Shown: positions 37,258 to 46,423, counted from the stretch's first letter. The stretch is 48,731 nucleotides of DNA from a virus (IMGVR_UViG_3300020446_000016:1-48731); one strand, 5' to 3'. A program made the numbers and translations. The notes: generated from the letters alone by a model not told the origin.

Positions 37258-37694
37258 TACTTCTCCATTAATGATACTAGTTGAAATACTGTTTGTAGTT
37301 TTGTTAAATTTTGTTTGTTTTGTAAAGTATTTCTTAAACCTTGGTGCAATGGTTTAGGCCAATTATTAAAACTTACCCACGCATAACCGTTGTGTTCAAA
37401 ATTTAATTTAGGAATAAATTCATTTTTTACAACACAAAGATATGTATGAAAACTAAACTTTTCATCATTACTTACAAAAGTTTCTAAAGGAATACTTTTT
37501 ACAATATTTGGTACAGAACCAATTTCTTCTTCTATTTCTCTCAGTAGTGCTTTATAAGGAATTTCTTCACTTTCATTTCTTCCGCCAACTAATCCCCAAA
37601 CATTATTTTGTTTTGTTTGTGTTCTGTGTAAAAACAAGAAACGTTGGGTATCAAGTGTATAGAAGAGAGCACCGCTACAAATAATACTATTCAT
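37257..37694 (-). CDS. NUDIX hydrolase
   Basis: WGLVGGRNESEEIPYKALLREIEEEIG Nudix box; EHNGYAW and LH motifs. Confidence 0.88.
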   Translation of the reverse strand: MNSIICSGALFYTLDTQRFLFLHRTQTKQNNVWGLVGGRNESEEIPYKALLREIEEEIGSVPNIVKSIPLETFVSNDEKFSFHTYLCVVKNEFIPKLNFEHNGYAWVSFNNWPKPLHQGLRNTLQNKQNLTKLQTVFQLVSLMEK

Positions 37695-37699
37695 ATTAG

Positions 37700-37707
37700 T
37701 ACTTATT
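37700..37707 (-). promoter_or_regulatory. Late promoter variant (AATAAGTA), 5 nt before the NUDIX ATG
   Basis: Minus strand reads AATAAGTA-CTAAT-ATG; same spacing as at 46424 and 42322. Confidence 0.45.
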
Positions 37708-39189
37708 TTAGAGGCCTAGTCGCCAAGTGCCGTTTCGATATTCGCCTTCAAAGGATAGTGTCCAATCTATACCATTCCATTTATATTGAACACCTGTGTT
37801 AAGGTTAGTCGTGTATGTGATAGTTGATCCGTCATCTGTACTTGCATCAAAAACCATATTCCATTTTGTGCCGTCCCATTCAATAATATCATTTTCATCT
37901 GCTACAAAGTCTGTACCATCAGCATTTTTCCAAGCATCAGGACCATCATATTGATATGTATATGGTGTTTCACCAACTGTTTGTCCTACATTTTCACTAT
38001 CATTAATTGCATTTAATAATAATATTCTATTACCTGCAACTTTAATACTTGTAGGATTAGTTTTTTGTGGATCAATAATTGCGTTAATAGTTCCTTTAGG
38101 ACCACCAGGACCAATTAAAATAGTATTGCTTGGAACTGTATCCATATCCCAATTAACAATGATTTGTGTTTCATCTAAAGTGTTTAATGCAAAAGTACCA
38201 ACTACTGGTGAACCTTGATCAATTCTATCTAGATAAATTTTACTTAAACCTGCTCTATAAGTACCTGGGTGTGAATCTAATACAAGTGTCCAAGGAGTTT
38301 CTCCTGCAATACCGTTCTTACCTAACTGTACAATATTGTTCATTACAATAGCATCATAGTTTTGATAAGTTACACTTTGTACACTTCCTGCATCTGCTCT
38401 AGTTGTAATACCCATACCATCTTTACCAGCAGTAGATGTGTCACCACCTTTAGTGCCTTCTGTATATGAATCATTATATTGTTTTAATTCTGGCATACTA
38501 TCACCTAGGTCTATTGTTCCTCTAGATTCATCAAAAATACTCATTACAACATTTGTTATAACACCTAACTTTTTAACTTTTGCTGGAGGTGAAATGTAAA
38601 TAGGTGTGCTAAATTGAAGTTGTGCAACATCTATTTCTGATTCAGTTCCCATTGGTATACTTCTTGTACTAAAGGTAATACCTTCTAAATCAACTACACT
38701 TAAACTTGTCCAGTCCACATAGTTGTCTGTTGTTTGTATTTCTAAACTAGGATTAAACAGCATTAGTATCTGTTCCATAATTTGTAATTTTTGTTCTGTG
38801 TTAGTTGACCAAATATCAGCATTCATTTTCATGATATAAGGTGTAGGCATTAATCTTTCTACAGTATAGTTTTTACCTTCTGTATTAAGATACCCATCTG
38901 TAGAATTGTGTTCACGTTCTCTTAGATGAATTTTGCCTGTGTATGTTGCATCAGCAGTTCTTGTACGATCCATTTCTAAACCAGTAACGTAAACACTCAT
39001 ACGTGGAGCAGATGGAATTTTGTTTTCACTATTATCTCTTATGATATGACCAACTTGTCTTGTAATGTCTCCATACATAACAGGTATTTGTCTTAGTACG
39101 CCTTTACCATCAGCATAAGAAAAATTACTCATTAGACGAATCATTTGAGTAATATATCTTCTTATTTGTCCATCGTAAAAATGTTGCAT
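37708..39189 (-). CDS. gp15: Tail sheath stabiliser / tail terminator, T4 gp15-like, with C-terminal extension
   Basis: HFYDGQIRRY...IPVMYG...PRMS...MPTPY.......W......LQIMEQIL..FNP; follows the gp14-like gene. Confidence 0.78.
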   Translation of the reverse strand: MQHFYDGQIRRYITQMIRLMSNFSYADGKGVLRQIPVMYGDITRQVGHIIRDNSENKIPSAPRMSVYVTGLEMDRTRTADATYTGKIHLREREHNSTDGYLNTEGKNYTVERLMPTPYIMKMNADIWSTNTEQKLQIMEQILMLFNPSLEIQTTDNYVDWTSLSVVDLEGITFSTRSIPMGTESEIDVAQLQFSTPIYISPPAKVKKLGVITNVVMSIFDESRGTIDLGDSMPELKQYNDSYTEGTKGGDTSTAGKDGMGITTRADAGSVQSVTYQNYDAIVMNNIVQLGKNGIAGETPWTLVLDSHPGTYRAGLSKIYLDRIDQGSPVVGTFALNTLDETQIIVNWDMDTVPSNTILIGPGGPKGTINAIIDPQKTNPTSIKVAGNRILLLNAINDSENVGQTVGETPYTYQYDGPDAWKNADGTDFVADENDIIEWDGTKWNMVFDASTDDGSTITYTTNLNTGVQYKWNGIDWTLSFEGEYRNGTWRLGL

Positions 39190-40352
39190 TAGTTGTCCGC
39201 CCTAGGCTTTAGTGCTTTACTTAAAGGTTGACGTTCTTGTACAGTTTCGCCACCTATACTATCTGTTTTAGTGTTGTTAATAAATGTTCCTTTTTGTGTA
39301 TTCTTAGTATCAGTATTTGAAATATTAACACGTACTGAATCTTCATATTTAACCCAACGTTGTCCGTCAAATCTAAACAATCTATTAGGCATAAAATCTG
39401 TTCTTAGGAAGTAATCACCTTTAATAGATGCAGTTGGGAAAGTAATACCATGACCAAATACTTCTCCATTAGGTGCAATACCATCTCCTAGCAAGTAACC
39501 TTGATAACCATCACGTTCTGGAGTTTGATTAACTCTACTTGCATCTAATTGACCGCTATTAACACTTGCATCTATATCTGTTTCATCAGCAGTAACAAGT
39601 TCTGGTTTACCTGTTTTGTCAACTTGTAAAGTATACAAGTGTGAAGTTTCATAACCTGACTTGGCCGAATCTGCTTCTGCCTGTGCCAATACAGCATTGT
39701 TGATTTGCATTTCTTTTTCATATGTTGAAAGCACATCACGTAGTGTATTTGTACTACCTTCTTCTGCAGGTAAGTCAAGTATTTCTTTAAATTCTTGTGA
39801 GTCTACTATTTGTTTAAGTTTTACTCTATATAAGTGTGGATACCAACTTTGTGAAAATCCTTCTGCCGCTCTGTTTACATCTTCTACAACATAAAAACGT
39901 TTTAATGCAACTTGGTAATCATTTAGTGCGTGTTCATCTTTTAAGTGTGGTAATTCAAAAACATCACCAGCCATTACTTTTCTACCTAAAGTTTTTACAC
40001 TATAATTTATAGGTATAGTCATAAACAATGTATCATTTTGTAAAAATAATCCAAATTGACTCATGTCAAAGTCTACATCTTGCACATTATAGATACCACG
40101 TAAAACATAAATGTTTGGATCGTATTTTCTGTCCCTATTTTCCAAGAAAAGCATATCCTGAATATTAGTTTCTTTTACAGCATCATATCTAGGCTGGCTA
40201 GGAGTTGCTTCAGATTCATCAGGATTTTGAGGACCTAAATATTTGTGTACGAATACGTCAGTACCACCAACAGTGAACATCTCTGCTATGGTTTTATCTA
40301 AAAAATCGTAATCATTGCCCTTTTCGGGTTTGTATAAACTGAGTCTTGGCAT
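39189..40352 (-). CDS. gp14: Neck / head-closure protein, T4 gp14-like
   Basis: Start re-called to MPRLSLYK (387 aa). DMLFLENRDRKYD, MSQFGL, GDVFELPHL, WYPHLYR; lies between gp13-like and gp15-like genes. Confidence 0.65.
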   Translation of the reverse strand: MPRLSLYKPEKGNDYDFLDKTIAEMFTVGGTDVFVHKYLGPQNPDESEATPSQPRYDAVKETNIQDMLFLENRDRKYDPNIYVLRGIYNVQDVDFDMSQFGLFLQNDTLFMTIPINYSVKTLGRKVMAGDVFELPHLKDEHALNDYQVALKRFYVVEDVNRAAEGFSQSWYPHLYRVKLKQIVDSQEFKEILDLPAEEGSTNTLRDVLSTYEKEMQINNAVLAQAEADSAKSGYETSHLYTLQVDKTGKPELVTADETDIDASVNSGQLDASRVNQTPERDGYQGYLLGDGIAPNGEVFGHGITFPTASIKGDYFLRTDFMPNRLFRFDGQRWVKYEDSVRVNISNTDTKNTQKGTFINNTKTDSIGGETVQERQPLSKALKPRADN

Positions 40353-40360
40353 AACATTAG

Positions 40361-40368
40361 TATTTATC
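40361..40368 (-). promoter_or_regulatory. Late promoter box (GATAAATA) for the gp14-gp15-heptose block
   Basis: TATTTATC on the + strand, 8 nt upstream of the ATG at 40352. Confidence 0.7.
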
Positions 40369-40373
40369 GAACG

Positions 40374-40381
40374 TATAAATA
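40374..40381 (+). promoter_or_regulatory. T4 late promoter consensus (TATAAATA) for gp13
   Basis: Exact consensus, back-to-back with the minus-strand box; GGAG follows. Confidence 0.75.
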
Positions 40382-40400
40382 CATATGGAGCCGAGAAGAT

Positions 40401-41159
40401 ATGACAACATTGACACAACAAAAGCAAGAAGTATATGATTATGTAAACGCCAGTTTAGGTGGTGGAATGGTAGATGTGGAGTTAGATCCCGTACATTATG
40501 AAACTGCTCTTAAAACGGCACTTACAAGATTCAGACAAAGATCGGACAATTCAGTAGAAGAGTCGTATATGTTCCTTCCAACTGTAATTGACCAAAACAA
40601 ATATATACTACCAAATGAAGTTATTGAAGTGAGAAAATTGTTTCGTAGATCAATTGGTTCAAGAACAGGCGGAGGAGATGGTGGTACACTATTTGAACCA
40701 TTCAACTTGGCGTACACAAACACCTATCTTTTAGCAAGTTCAAACATGGGCGGATTAGCAACTTATGAATTGTTTAGTCAGTACCAAGAATTAGTAGGCA
40801 GAATGTTTGGTTCATTTATTGAATTCAAATGGAATACTACTACAAAAGAATTATTACTTCTACAAAGACCAAGAGCAGAAGAAGAACTATTATTGTATTG
40901 TTACAATTACAGACCAGATAGTGAATTATTAAAAGACTATCTAGCAGTTCAGTGGATTAAAGATTACACACTCGCACGTTGTAAGATTATGCTTGGTGAA
41001 GCAAGAAGTAAATTTGCTACTATTGCCGGTCCACAAGGTGGTTCTACACTTAACGGTGATAATCTAAAGGCTGAAGGCCTTGCTGATATAGAGAAATTGG
41101 AAGAAGAAGTTAAAACTCAAATACCAGGCGGTGTTGGGTATGGTTTCACAATTGGCTAA
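40401..41159 (+). CDS. gp13: Neck protein / head-tail adaptor, T4 gp13-like
   Basis: LGGGMVDVEL...WIKDYTLA.CK..LGEARSKF....GPQGG.TLNG..LK.E...IEKLEEE...F.IG, the typical gp13 pattern. Confidence 0.85.
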   Translation: MTTLTQQKQEVYDYVNASLGGGMVDVELDPVHYETALKTALTRFRQRSDNSVEESYMFLPTVIDQNKYILPNEVIEVRKLFRRSIGSRTGGGDGGTLFEPFNLAYTNTYLLASSNMGGLATYELFSQYQELVGRMFGSFIEFKWNTTTKELLLLQRPRAEEELLLYCYNYRPDSELLKDYLAVQWIKDYTLARCKIMLGEARSKFATIAGPQGGSTLNGDNLKAEGLADIEKLEEEVKTQIPGGVGYGFTIG

Positions 41160-41166
41160 AAACTTC

Positions 41167-41195
41167 TTGACTTTTTGCTAAACATATATTAGTAT
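41167..41195 (+). promoter_or_regulatory. Sigma70-type (early/middle) promoter
   Basis: TTGACT (41167-41172), 17 nt, TAGTAT (41190-41195), with an overlapping TATAAT at 41193-41198; upstream of the lipoprotein and dNMP kinase. Confidence 0.6.
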
Positions 41196-41220
41196 AATAA
41201 TACGAACAGAAGGAAATCTG

Positions 41221-41418
41221 ATGAAAATCTTCAGTACAATATTAATTTTGCTTTTTCTTGCAGGCTGTTCAGGGCATATTGCTCCGCCGGCTGTAAAATT
41301 TGGTAAAAAATGTACAGTAGCAGAAGACGGTAACGTTGTCTACTCTTACATTTGGTTACACAAAAAAGGCGAGAAATTAAACGCAAATAAGGAAACTTGT
41401 AAACAAATACAGGACTAA
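41221..41418 (+). CDS. Small lipoprotein
   Basis: MKIFSTILILLF-LAGC lipobox; AAGGA RBS; two further Cys. Confidence 0.75.
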   Translation: MKIFSTILILLFLAGCSGHIAPPAVKFGKKCTVAEDGNVVYSYIWLHKKGEKLNANKETCKQIQD

Positions 41419-41421
41419 AAA

Positions 41422-42015
41422 ATGATAGTTGGAATCTGTGGTCTAATAGGCAGTGGTAAAGACACAATAGCAGAGCATTTAATACAAAATCATAAGTTTG
41501 TAAAAATAAGTTTTGCAGACAAATTGAAAGATGCTGTCGCTACTATGTTTGATTGGCCACGTGATATGCTAGATGGCAAAACTGAACAAAGTAGGTTTTG
41601 GCGTGAACAAGTAGATCAATTTTGGACCGCAGAAACCGGCCGTGAAATAACACCAAGACTAGTTCTACAAGAATTTGGTACAGAATGTATGCGTGAAGGG
41701 TTCTTTGACGGTATCTGGGTAAGTTTAGTTAAACATAAATTAATTAACAATCCTGAAACTAATTGGGTTATTCCTGATGTACGTTTTCCAAATGAAGCAA
41801 AAATGCTATATCAAATAGGTGGAGAAGTATGGCGTGTAAAACGTGGTCCTGATCCTGCTTGGTTTAGTGAATATGTACAATTTAATGTTGAGCCTACTGA
41901 TGTTCATGCTAGTGAATGGGCCTGGGCACATACAAAGTTTACTAAAGTGTTTGAAAACGATACTACAATACAAGGACTTAAAGATCAGGTACAAGATCAC
42001 CTTGTTTCCATTTAA
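41422..42015 (+). CDS. gp1: Deoxynucleoside monophosphate kinase (T4 gp1-like)
   Basis: P-loop GLIGSGKDT, FADKLK, TPRLVLQEFGTE, DVRFPNE, HASE. Confidence 0.9.
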   Translation: MIVGICGLIGSGKDTIAEHLIQNHKFVKISFADKLKDAVATMFDWPRDMLDGKTEQSRFWREQVDQFWTAETGREITPRLVLQEFGTECMREGFFDGIWVSLVKHKLINNPETNWVIPDVRFPNEAKMLYQIGGEVWRVKRGPDPAWFSEYVQFNVEPTDVHASEWAWAHTKFTKVFENDTTIQGLKDQVQDHLVSI

Positions 42016-42316
42016 CACCTTCTTTATATAGAATCTTACTGCAATTAGAACAAACTGTTTTTAAGTTACTAAACCTTACGTTGTTTAGGTTACCATCAAT
42101 ATAGTAAACACTGAATTGTTCTTTGTGTCTACTTTTAAATCCACACTTGTCACAGTTGTTTTTCATAGTATATCCTGCTTGTTGCCATTTAGGCACACCA
42201 TGGTGAGGTCTTCCATGTCTAGTACAGGACTCACACTTACTTCGATAGAAAGGTTTACCTTTCTTATAGTAATTAATAGCAACTGGTCGTTGCCCACAAG
42301 CACATAAAGGTCTCAT
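41978..42316 (-). CDS. Zinc-finger / degenerate HNH-like protein
   Basis: CxC, CxxC, CxxC, then YYIDGNLNN...NLKTVCSNCS: an HNH scaffold lacking the canonical His residues. Confidence 0.65.
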   Translation of the reverse strand: MRPLCACGQRPVAINYYKKGKPFYRSKCESCTRHGRPHHGVPKWQQAGYTMKNNCDKCGFKSRHKEQFSVYYIDGNLNNVRFSNLKTVCSNCSKILYKEGVKWKQGDLVPDL

Positions 42317-42321
42317 ATAAC

Positions 42322-42329
42322 TATTTACC
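42322..42329 (-). promoter_or_regulatory. Late promoter variant (GGTAAATA), 5 nt before ATG 42316
   Basis: Minus strand reads GGTAAATA-GTTAT-ATG. Confidence 0.45.
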
Positions 42330-42384
42330 TGCCCTTTTACTTCCCTTTTTAACGGTATTTAACCCCTATGATTTTGGTTTTCGG

Positions 42385-42392
42385 CATAAATA
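42385..42392 (+). promoter_or_regulatory. Late promoter box (CATAAATA) for the tail sheath
   Basis: One mismatch to TATAAATA; CAGGAG RBS precedes 42440. Confidence 0.65.
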
Positions 42393-42439
42393 ATAGTAAA
42401 CAAGAATAGTATGAACTATTACCAACAGGAGAAAACAAA

Positions 42440-45400
42440 ATGGCTTTAACATCACCAGGTGTACAGGTTACTGTAATAGACGAGTCGTTCTATACCCCAG
42501 CAGAACCAGGTACAGTACCAATGTTGTTTGTTGTATCTGCACAAGATAAAACAAACGGATCAGGAACAGGAACAGCGAGTGCTACTACAAAAGCAAATGC
42601 TGGTAAACCTTTCCTAGTTACTTCACAGAGAGAATTAACTGAATTATTTGGGGACCCAACTTTTTATGTAGATTCAAACAATAACCCATTACACGGTAAT
42701 GAGTTAAATGAGTACGGATTACAAGCGGCATACTCTTATTTAGGTGCGGCAAATAGAGCATTCGTAACTAGAGCGGATTTAAATACTTCAGAGTTAACAG
42801 CGGCTTCTACAGCCCCTGCGGCAAATCCGGCAAACGGTACATACTGGTTTGATACAGCAAATTCAATATTTGGTATCTTTGAATGGAATGGTGCGTCAGC
42901 GACTACTACTGGTGGGCAGTCGTTTACAAACAAAATTCCTACAGTAATTACTGATGCAACTAAAGTAGATAGCGGAGCGCCTAAGACTTCTGTTGGTGGA
43001 ATTGGCGATTACGCGATTGTATCTACAACAACACTTAACAAGTTGTTTTACAAAAATAAATCAGGAACATGGGTACAAGTAGGTTCAACTGCTTGGATTA
43101 GTTCATGGTCAACTGTAACAGGAACACAAAGCAATCCTACAATAACTAACGGTGCTACAATGAGCATTAATGGTTCAGTTGTAACTTCAGGTGGTGTTGC
43201 ACTATCTGATGTAGTAACAGCAATTGGATCTGCAGGTATTAGCGGAATTACTTCAGCAGTAGTTGATGGTAAATTAGAAATTTACTCAACTGGTGCAGAT
43301 GTTGTGTTAGCAGATAACAGTTCAACATTGTTATCAGAAATAGGTTTAACAGCAGGTACTTACAAAGCACCTAAGTTAACTATTGCTCCACACACGCAAG
43401 TTCCAGGTTACAAGTCAACAGATACAGCACCAAGACCAACTGGTTCAATGTGGATTAAAACTACACAACCAAACAAAGGTGCTAACTGGCAGGTTAAAGT
43501 TTGGAATGACACAACTAAATTGTGGGAAACTAAATCTGCTCCAATTTATGCAAACAACCAAGAAGCACTATACGGTTTAGATAAAACTGGTGGTGGACTT
43601 AACTTACCAACTGGTGATGTGTTTGTAAAATATAATGTTGATGAAGCAACTGACCCGATTGCAGATTTTAAAATCTACAGAAGAGGATCAACAGGTGCTA
43701 CAACAATTAAATCAAACATTATTACTACACAATTAACAGCGGGTACTTACGCATTTAATATAGCCGAAACTGCACCAAACTCAAGTGCATTAGGTTCAGA
43801 TGTAACAGTAAGTGTAACAACAACAGCGGCAACAAGTGATGCTGATTTAGTTGCAGGTGCAATTAACTCTGCAGGCTTTACAAACGTTGTTGCAAGTGTT
43901 GATTCAAGTAACAGAATTGTAATTGAACACAATGATGGCGGTGACTTCCATATTACTGACACAGGTGGCGTACTAGGACTAGCAGGCTTTACAGCAACTG
44001 GTTCAAATGCTACACAGTTCTTATTAGAAGCACCATCTACTCACTCACATGATTTTATTGCAAGTAACTGGGTTATTTTAACAGTAACTAACTCACCAAC
44101 TGCACCAACTTCATTGACAACAGACGGTACTTTATGGTACAGTTCAATTATTGACGAAGTAGACATTATGATCCACAATGGTACAACTTGGGTTGGATAT
44201 CAAGATTCAACAAGTCCGTACTTTGCGGCGGCGGCTGGCGATAAGACAGATCCAGCAGGTCCTATTGTAAGTGCAACTGAGCCTACTAAACAATCAGATG
44301 CAACTGATCTTAAAAATGGTGACCTTTGGATTTCAACTGCTGACTTAGAAAACTATCCTAAGATATACAAATACAATGGCGCAACTTTAAAATGGGTGCT
44401 AATTGACAATGGTGATCAAACTACTGAAGATGGTATTTTGTTTGCAGATGCTAGATACAATACAGCAGGTGCAAATAGTGCCACAGCAGGTACAATTGAA
44501 GCACTATTAAGTTCTAACTACTTAGACCCAGATGCTCCAGATCCAGCATTATATCCAAAAGGTATGTTGCTATGGAACTTACGTAGAAGCGGATTCAACG
44601 TAAGAAAATTTGTACGTAACTCAATTGATGTATCAGGTAACAACTTAAGATTCAATAACAACGAATCAATGGCGGCTTACTACTCACACAGATGGGTAAC
44701 TGAATCAGGCAACCAAGCAGACGGTTCAGGTTCATTTGGTAGAAAAGCACAAAGAAAAGTTGTTGTACAAGCATTACAGGCAATGGTTAACAGCAACCAA
44801 GACATTAGAGATGACAACTCAAGAATCTTTAACTTGATTGCTTGTCCAGGTTATCCAGAACTAATCGGTGAAATGGTAACACTAAACACAGACAGAGGCC
44901 TAAGTGCATTTGTTGTAGGTGATACACCATTTAGATTAACAAGCGATGCAACTTCATTAAATGAATGGGCAACAAACGTTAAACTAGCAACTGAAGATAA
45001 CGATGATGGTGCAGTTACAAGAGATGAATATGTTGGAATGTTTTATCCAAGTTTATTCACTAGTGATAACGCAGGAAATAACGTAGTTGTTCCAGCATCA
45101 CATGGTATACTTAGAACTATTGCATTAAGTGACCAAGTATCGTTTCCATGGTTTGCACCAGCAGGTACAAGACGTGGTGGCATTACAAACGCAAGTGCAT
45201 CAGGATTTATTGACAGCGAAGGCGAATTTAAATCAATTGCACTTAACGAAGGTCAAAGAGATACATTGTACTCAAATGCTATAAACCCTGTAACATTCTT
45301 AAGTGGTGCAGGACTTGTAAACTTTGGTCAAAAAACTAGAGCCAAAAATGCTAGTGCTTTAGACAGAATCAACGTTGCAAGACTAGTTGTGTACTTACGT

Positions 45401-45679
45401 TCACAGTTAAACAAACTTGCTAAACCTTACATTTTTGAACCTAATGATAAAATCACTAGAGATGAAATTAAGGCGCAAGTAGACTCCTTACTATTAGAAC
45501 TTGTAGGTCAAAGAGCATTATATGACTTCTTAGTAGTGTGTGACGAATCAAACAACACACCAACTAGAATTGATAGAAATGAGTTGTATGTAGATGTTGC
45601 TATTGAGCCAGTGAAGGCTGTAGAGTTTATTTACATTCCACTAAGACTTAAAAATACAGGTGAAATAGCGGGGCTATAA
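42440..45679 (+). CDS. gp18: Contractile tail sheath protein (T4 gp18-like), enlarged
   Basis: SPGVQVTVIDES, L.ELFGDP, FPWFAPAGTRRG, QRDTLY...INP, FGQKT, ALDRINVARL, FEPND, VVCDESNNTP..IDRNEL. Confidence 0.95.
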   Translation: MALTSPGVQVTVIDESFYTPAEPGTVPMLFVVSAQDKTNGSGTGTASATTKANAGKPFLVTSQRELTELFGDPTFYVDSNNNPLHGNELNEYGLQAAYSYLGAANRAFVTRADLNTSELTAASTAPAANPANGTYWFDTANSIFGIFEWNGASATTTGGQSFTNKIPTVITDATKVDSGAPKTSVGGIGDYAIVSTTTLNKLFYKNKSGTWVQVGSTAWISSWSTVTGTQSNPTITNGATMSINGSVVTSGGVALSDVVTAIGSAGISGITSAVVDGKLEIYSTGADVVLADNSSTLLSEIGLTAGTYKAPKLTIAPHTQVPGYKSTDTAPRPTGSMWIKTTQPNKGANWQVKVWNDTTKLWETKSAPIYANNQEALYGLDKTGGGLNLPTGDVFVKYNVDEATDPIADFKIYRRGSTGATTIKSNIITTQLTAGTYAFNIAETAPNSSALGSDVTVSVTTTAATSDADLVAGAINSAGFTNVVASVDSSNRIVIEHNDGGDFHITDTGGVLGLAGFTATGSNATQFLLEAPSTHSHDFIASNWVILTVTNSPTAPTSLTTDGTLWYSSIIDEVDIMIHNGTTWVGYQDSTSPYFAAAAGDKTDPAGPIVSATEPTKQSDATDLKNGDLWISTADLENYPKIYKYNGATLKWVLIDNGDQTTEDGILFADARYNTAGANSATAGTIEALLSSNYLDPDAPDPALYPKGMLLWNLRRSGFNVRKFVRNSIDVSGNNLRFNNNESMAAYYSHRWVTESGNQADGSGSFGRKAQRKVVVQALQAMVNSNQDIRDDNSRIFNLIACPGYPELIGEMVTLNTDRGLSAFVVGDTPFRLTSDATSLNEWATNVKLATEDNDDGAVTRDEYVGMFYPSLFTSDNAGNNVVVPASHGILRTIALSDQVSFPWFAPAGTRRGGITNASASGFIDSEGEFKSIALNEGQRDTLYSNAINPVTFLSGAGLVNFGQKTRAKNASALDRINVARLVVYLRSQLNKLAKPYIFEPNDKITRDEIKAQVDSLLLELVGQRALYDFLVVCDESNNTPTRIDRNELYVDVAIEPVKAVEFIYIPLRLKNTGEIAGL

Positions 45680-45683
45680 GGTA

Positions 45684-45691
45684 GATAAATA
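45684..45691 (+). promoter_or_regulatory. T4-like late promoter box (GATAAATA)
   Basis: Between sheath and tube; CAGGAG RBS follows. Confidence 0.7.
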
Positions 45692-45712
45692 CATTAAACA
45701 GGAGATATTATA

Positions 45713-46342
45713 ATGGCAATTTCAACACTATCTAAAATTACAGTACCTTTAGATTCTAGTGCAAGTGCATCGAATCAAGGACTGTTGATGCCAAAACTCC
45801 AGTATCGCTTTAGAGTGTCGCTGGAAAACTTTGGTGTTTCAACTCCAACAACAGAGTTGACAAAACAAGTTGTAGACGTTACTAGACCTAACGTTTCTTT
45901 CGAACAAATCACAGTTGATGTATACAACTCAAGAGTATACCTAGCAGGTAAACATACTTGGGAACCTATTACATTAAACTTAAGAGAAGACGTATCCAAC
46001 AACGTACAAAAATTAGTTGGTGAGCAACTTCAGAAACAATTTGACTTCTTCGAACAGTCAAGTGCGGCTTCAGGAAGTGACTACAAATTCGTTACTAGAA
46101 TCGAGATACTTGATGGTGGTAACGGCGTAAATGTAGCAAGTGTTTTAGAAACATTTGAATTATATGGTTGTTACTTAGAAAGTGCTAACTACAATACATT
46201 AGCATATTCAACTAACGATCCAGTTACAGTTGCTTTATCAATCAGATACGATAATGCTATACAGACTCCACAAGGTACAGGAGTAGGTACAGCAGTAGGT
46301 AGAACTGTTAATACTGCAATCACAGGCGGTGGTTCTACGTAA
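45713..46342 (+). CDS. gp19: Tail tube protein (T4 gp19-like)
   Basis: PKLQYRFRV...RPNV.FE.I....YLAGKHTWEPI...LYGC...Y...L.Y.......L.IRYD; directly after the sheath. Confidence 0.88.
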   Translation: MAISTLSKITVPLDSSASASNQGLLMPKLQYRFRVSLENFGVSTPTTELTKQVVDVTRPNVSFEQITVDVYNSRVYLAGKHTWEPITLNLREDVSNNVQKLVGEQLQKQFDFFEQSSAASGSDYKFVTRIEILDGGNGVNVASVLETFELYGCYLESANYNTLAYSTNDPVTVALSIRYDNAIQTPQGTGVGTAVGRTVNTAITGGGST

Positions 46343-46373
46343 GAACTAAATTAATAATATTTCCTGTAATATT

Positions 46374-46405
46374 GAAAGGGGCTACGGCCCCTTTCGTCAT
46401 TTTAT
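46374..46405 (+). terminator. Rho-independent terminator-like hairpin after the tail tube gene
   Basis: GAAAGGGGC-TACG-GCCCCTTTC: perfect 9-bp stem with a C(UACG)G tetraloop, followed by GTCATTTTAT. Confidence 0.8.
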
Positions 46406-46423
46406 ACGCACTTAATTTAATTG

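Noticed and set aside
34599-37694. Host LPS locus or prophage boundary at the hldE/hldD block
   Set aside because: The genes are chained to phage neck genes and share the composition and AGCT/GCWGC avoidance of the phage genes; no integrase or att-like site seen.
40353-40427. Upstream extension of the gp14-like ORF called to 40427
   Set aside because: Overlaps gp13 on the opposite strand and both promoter boxes; ATG 40352 is preferred.
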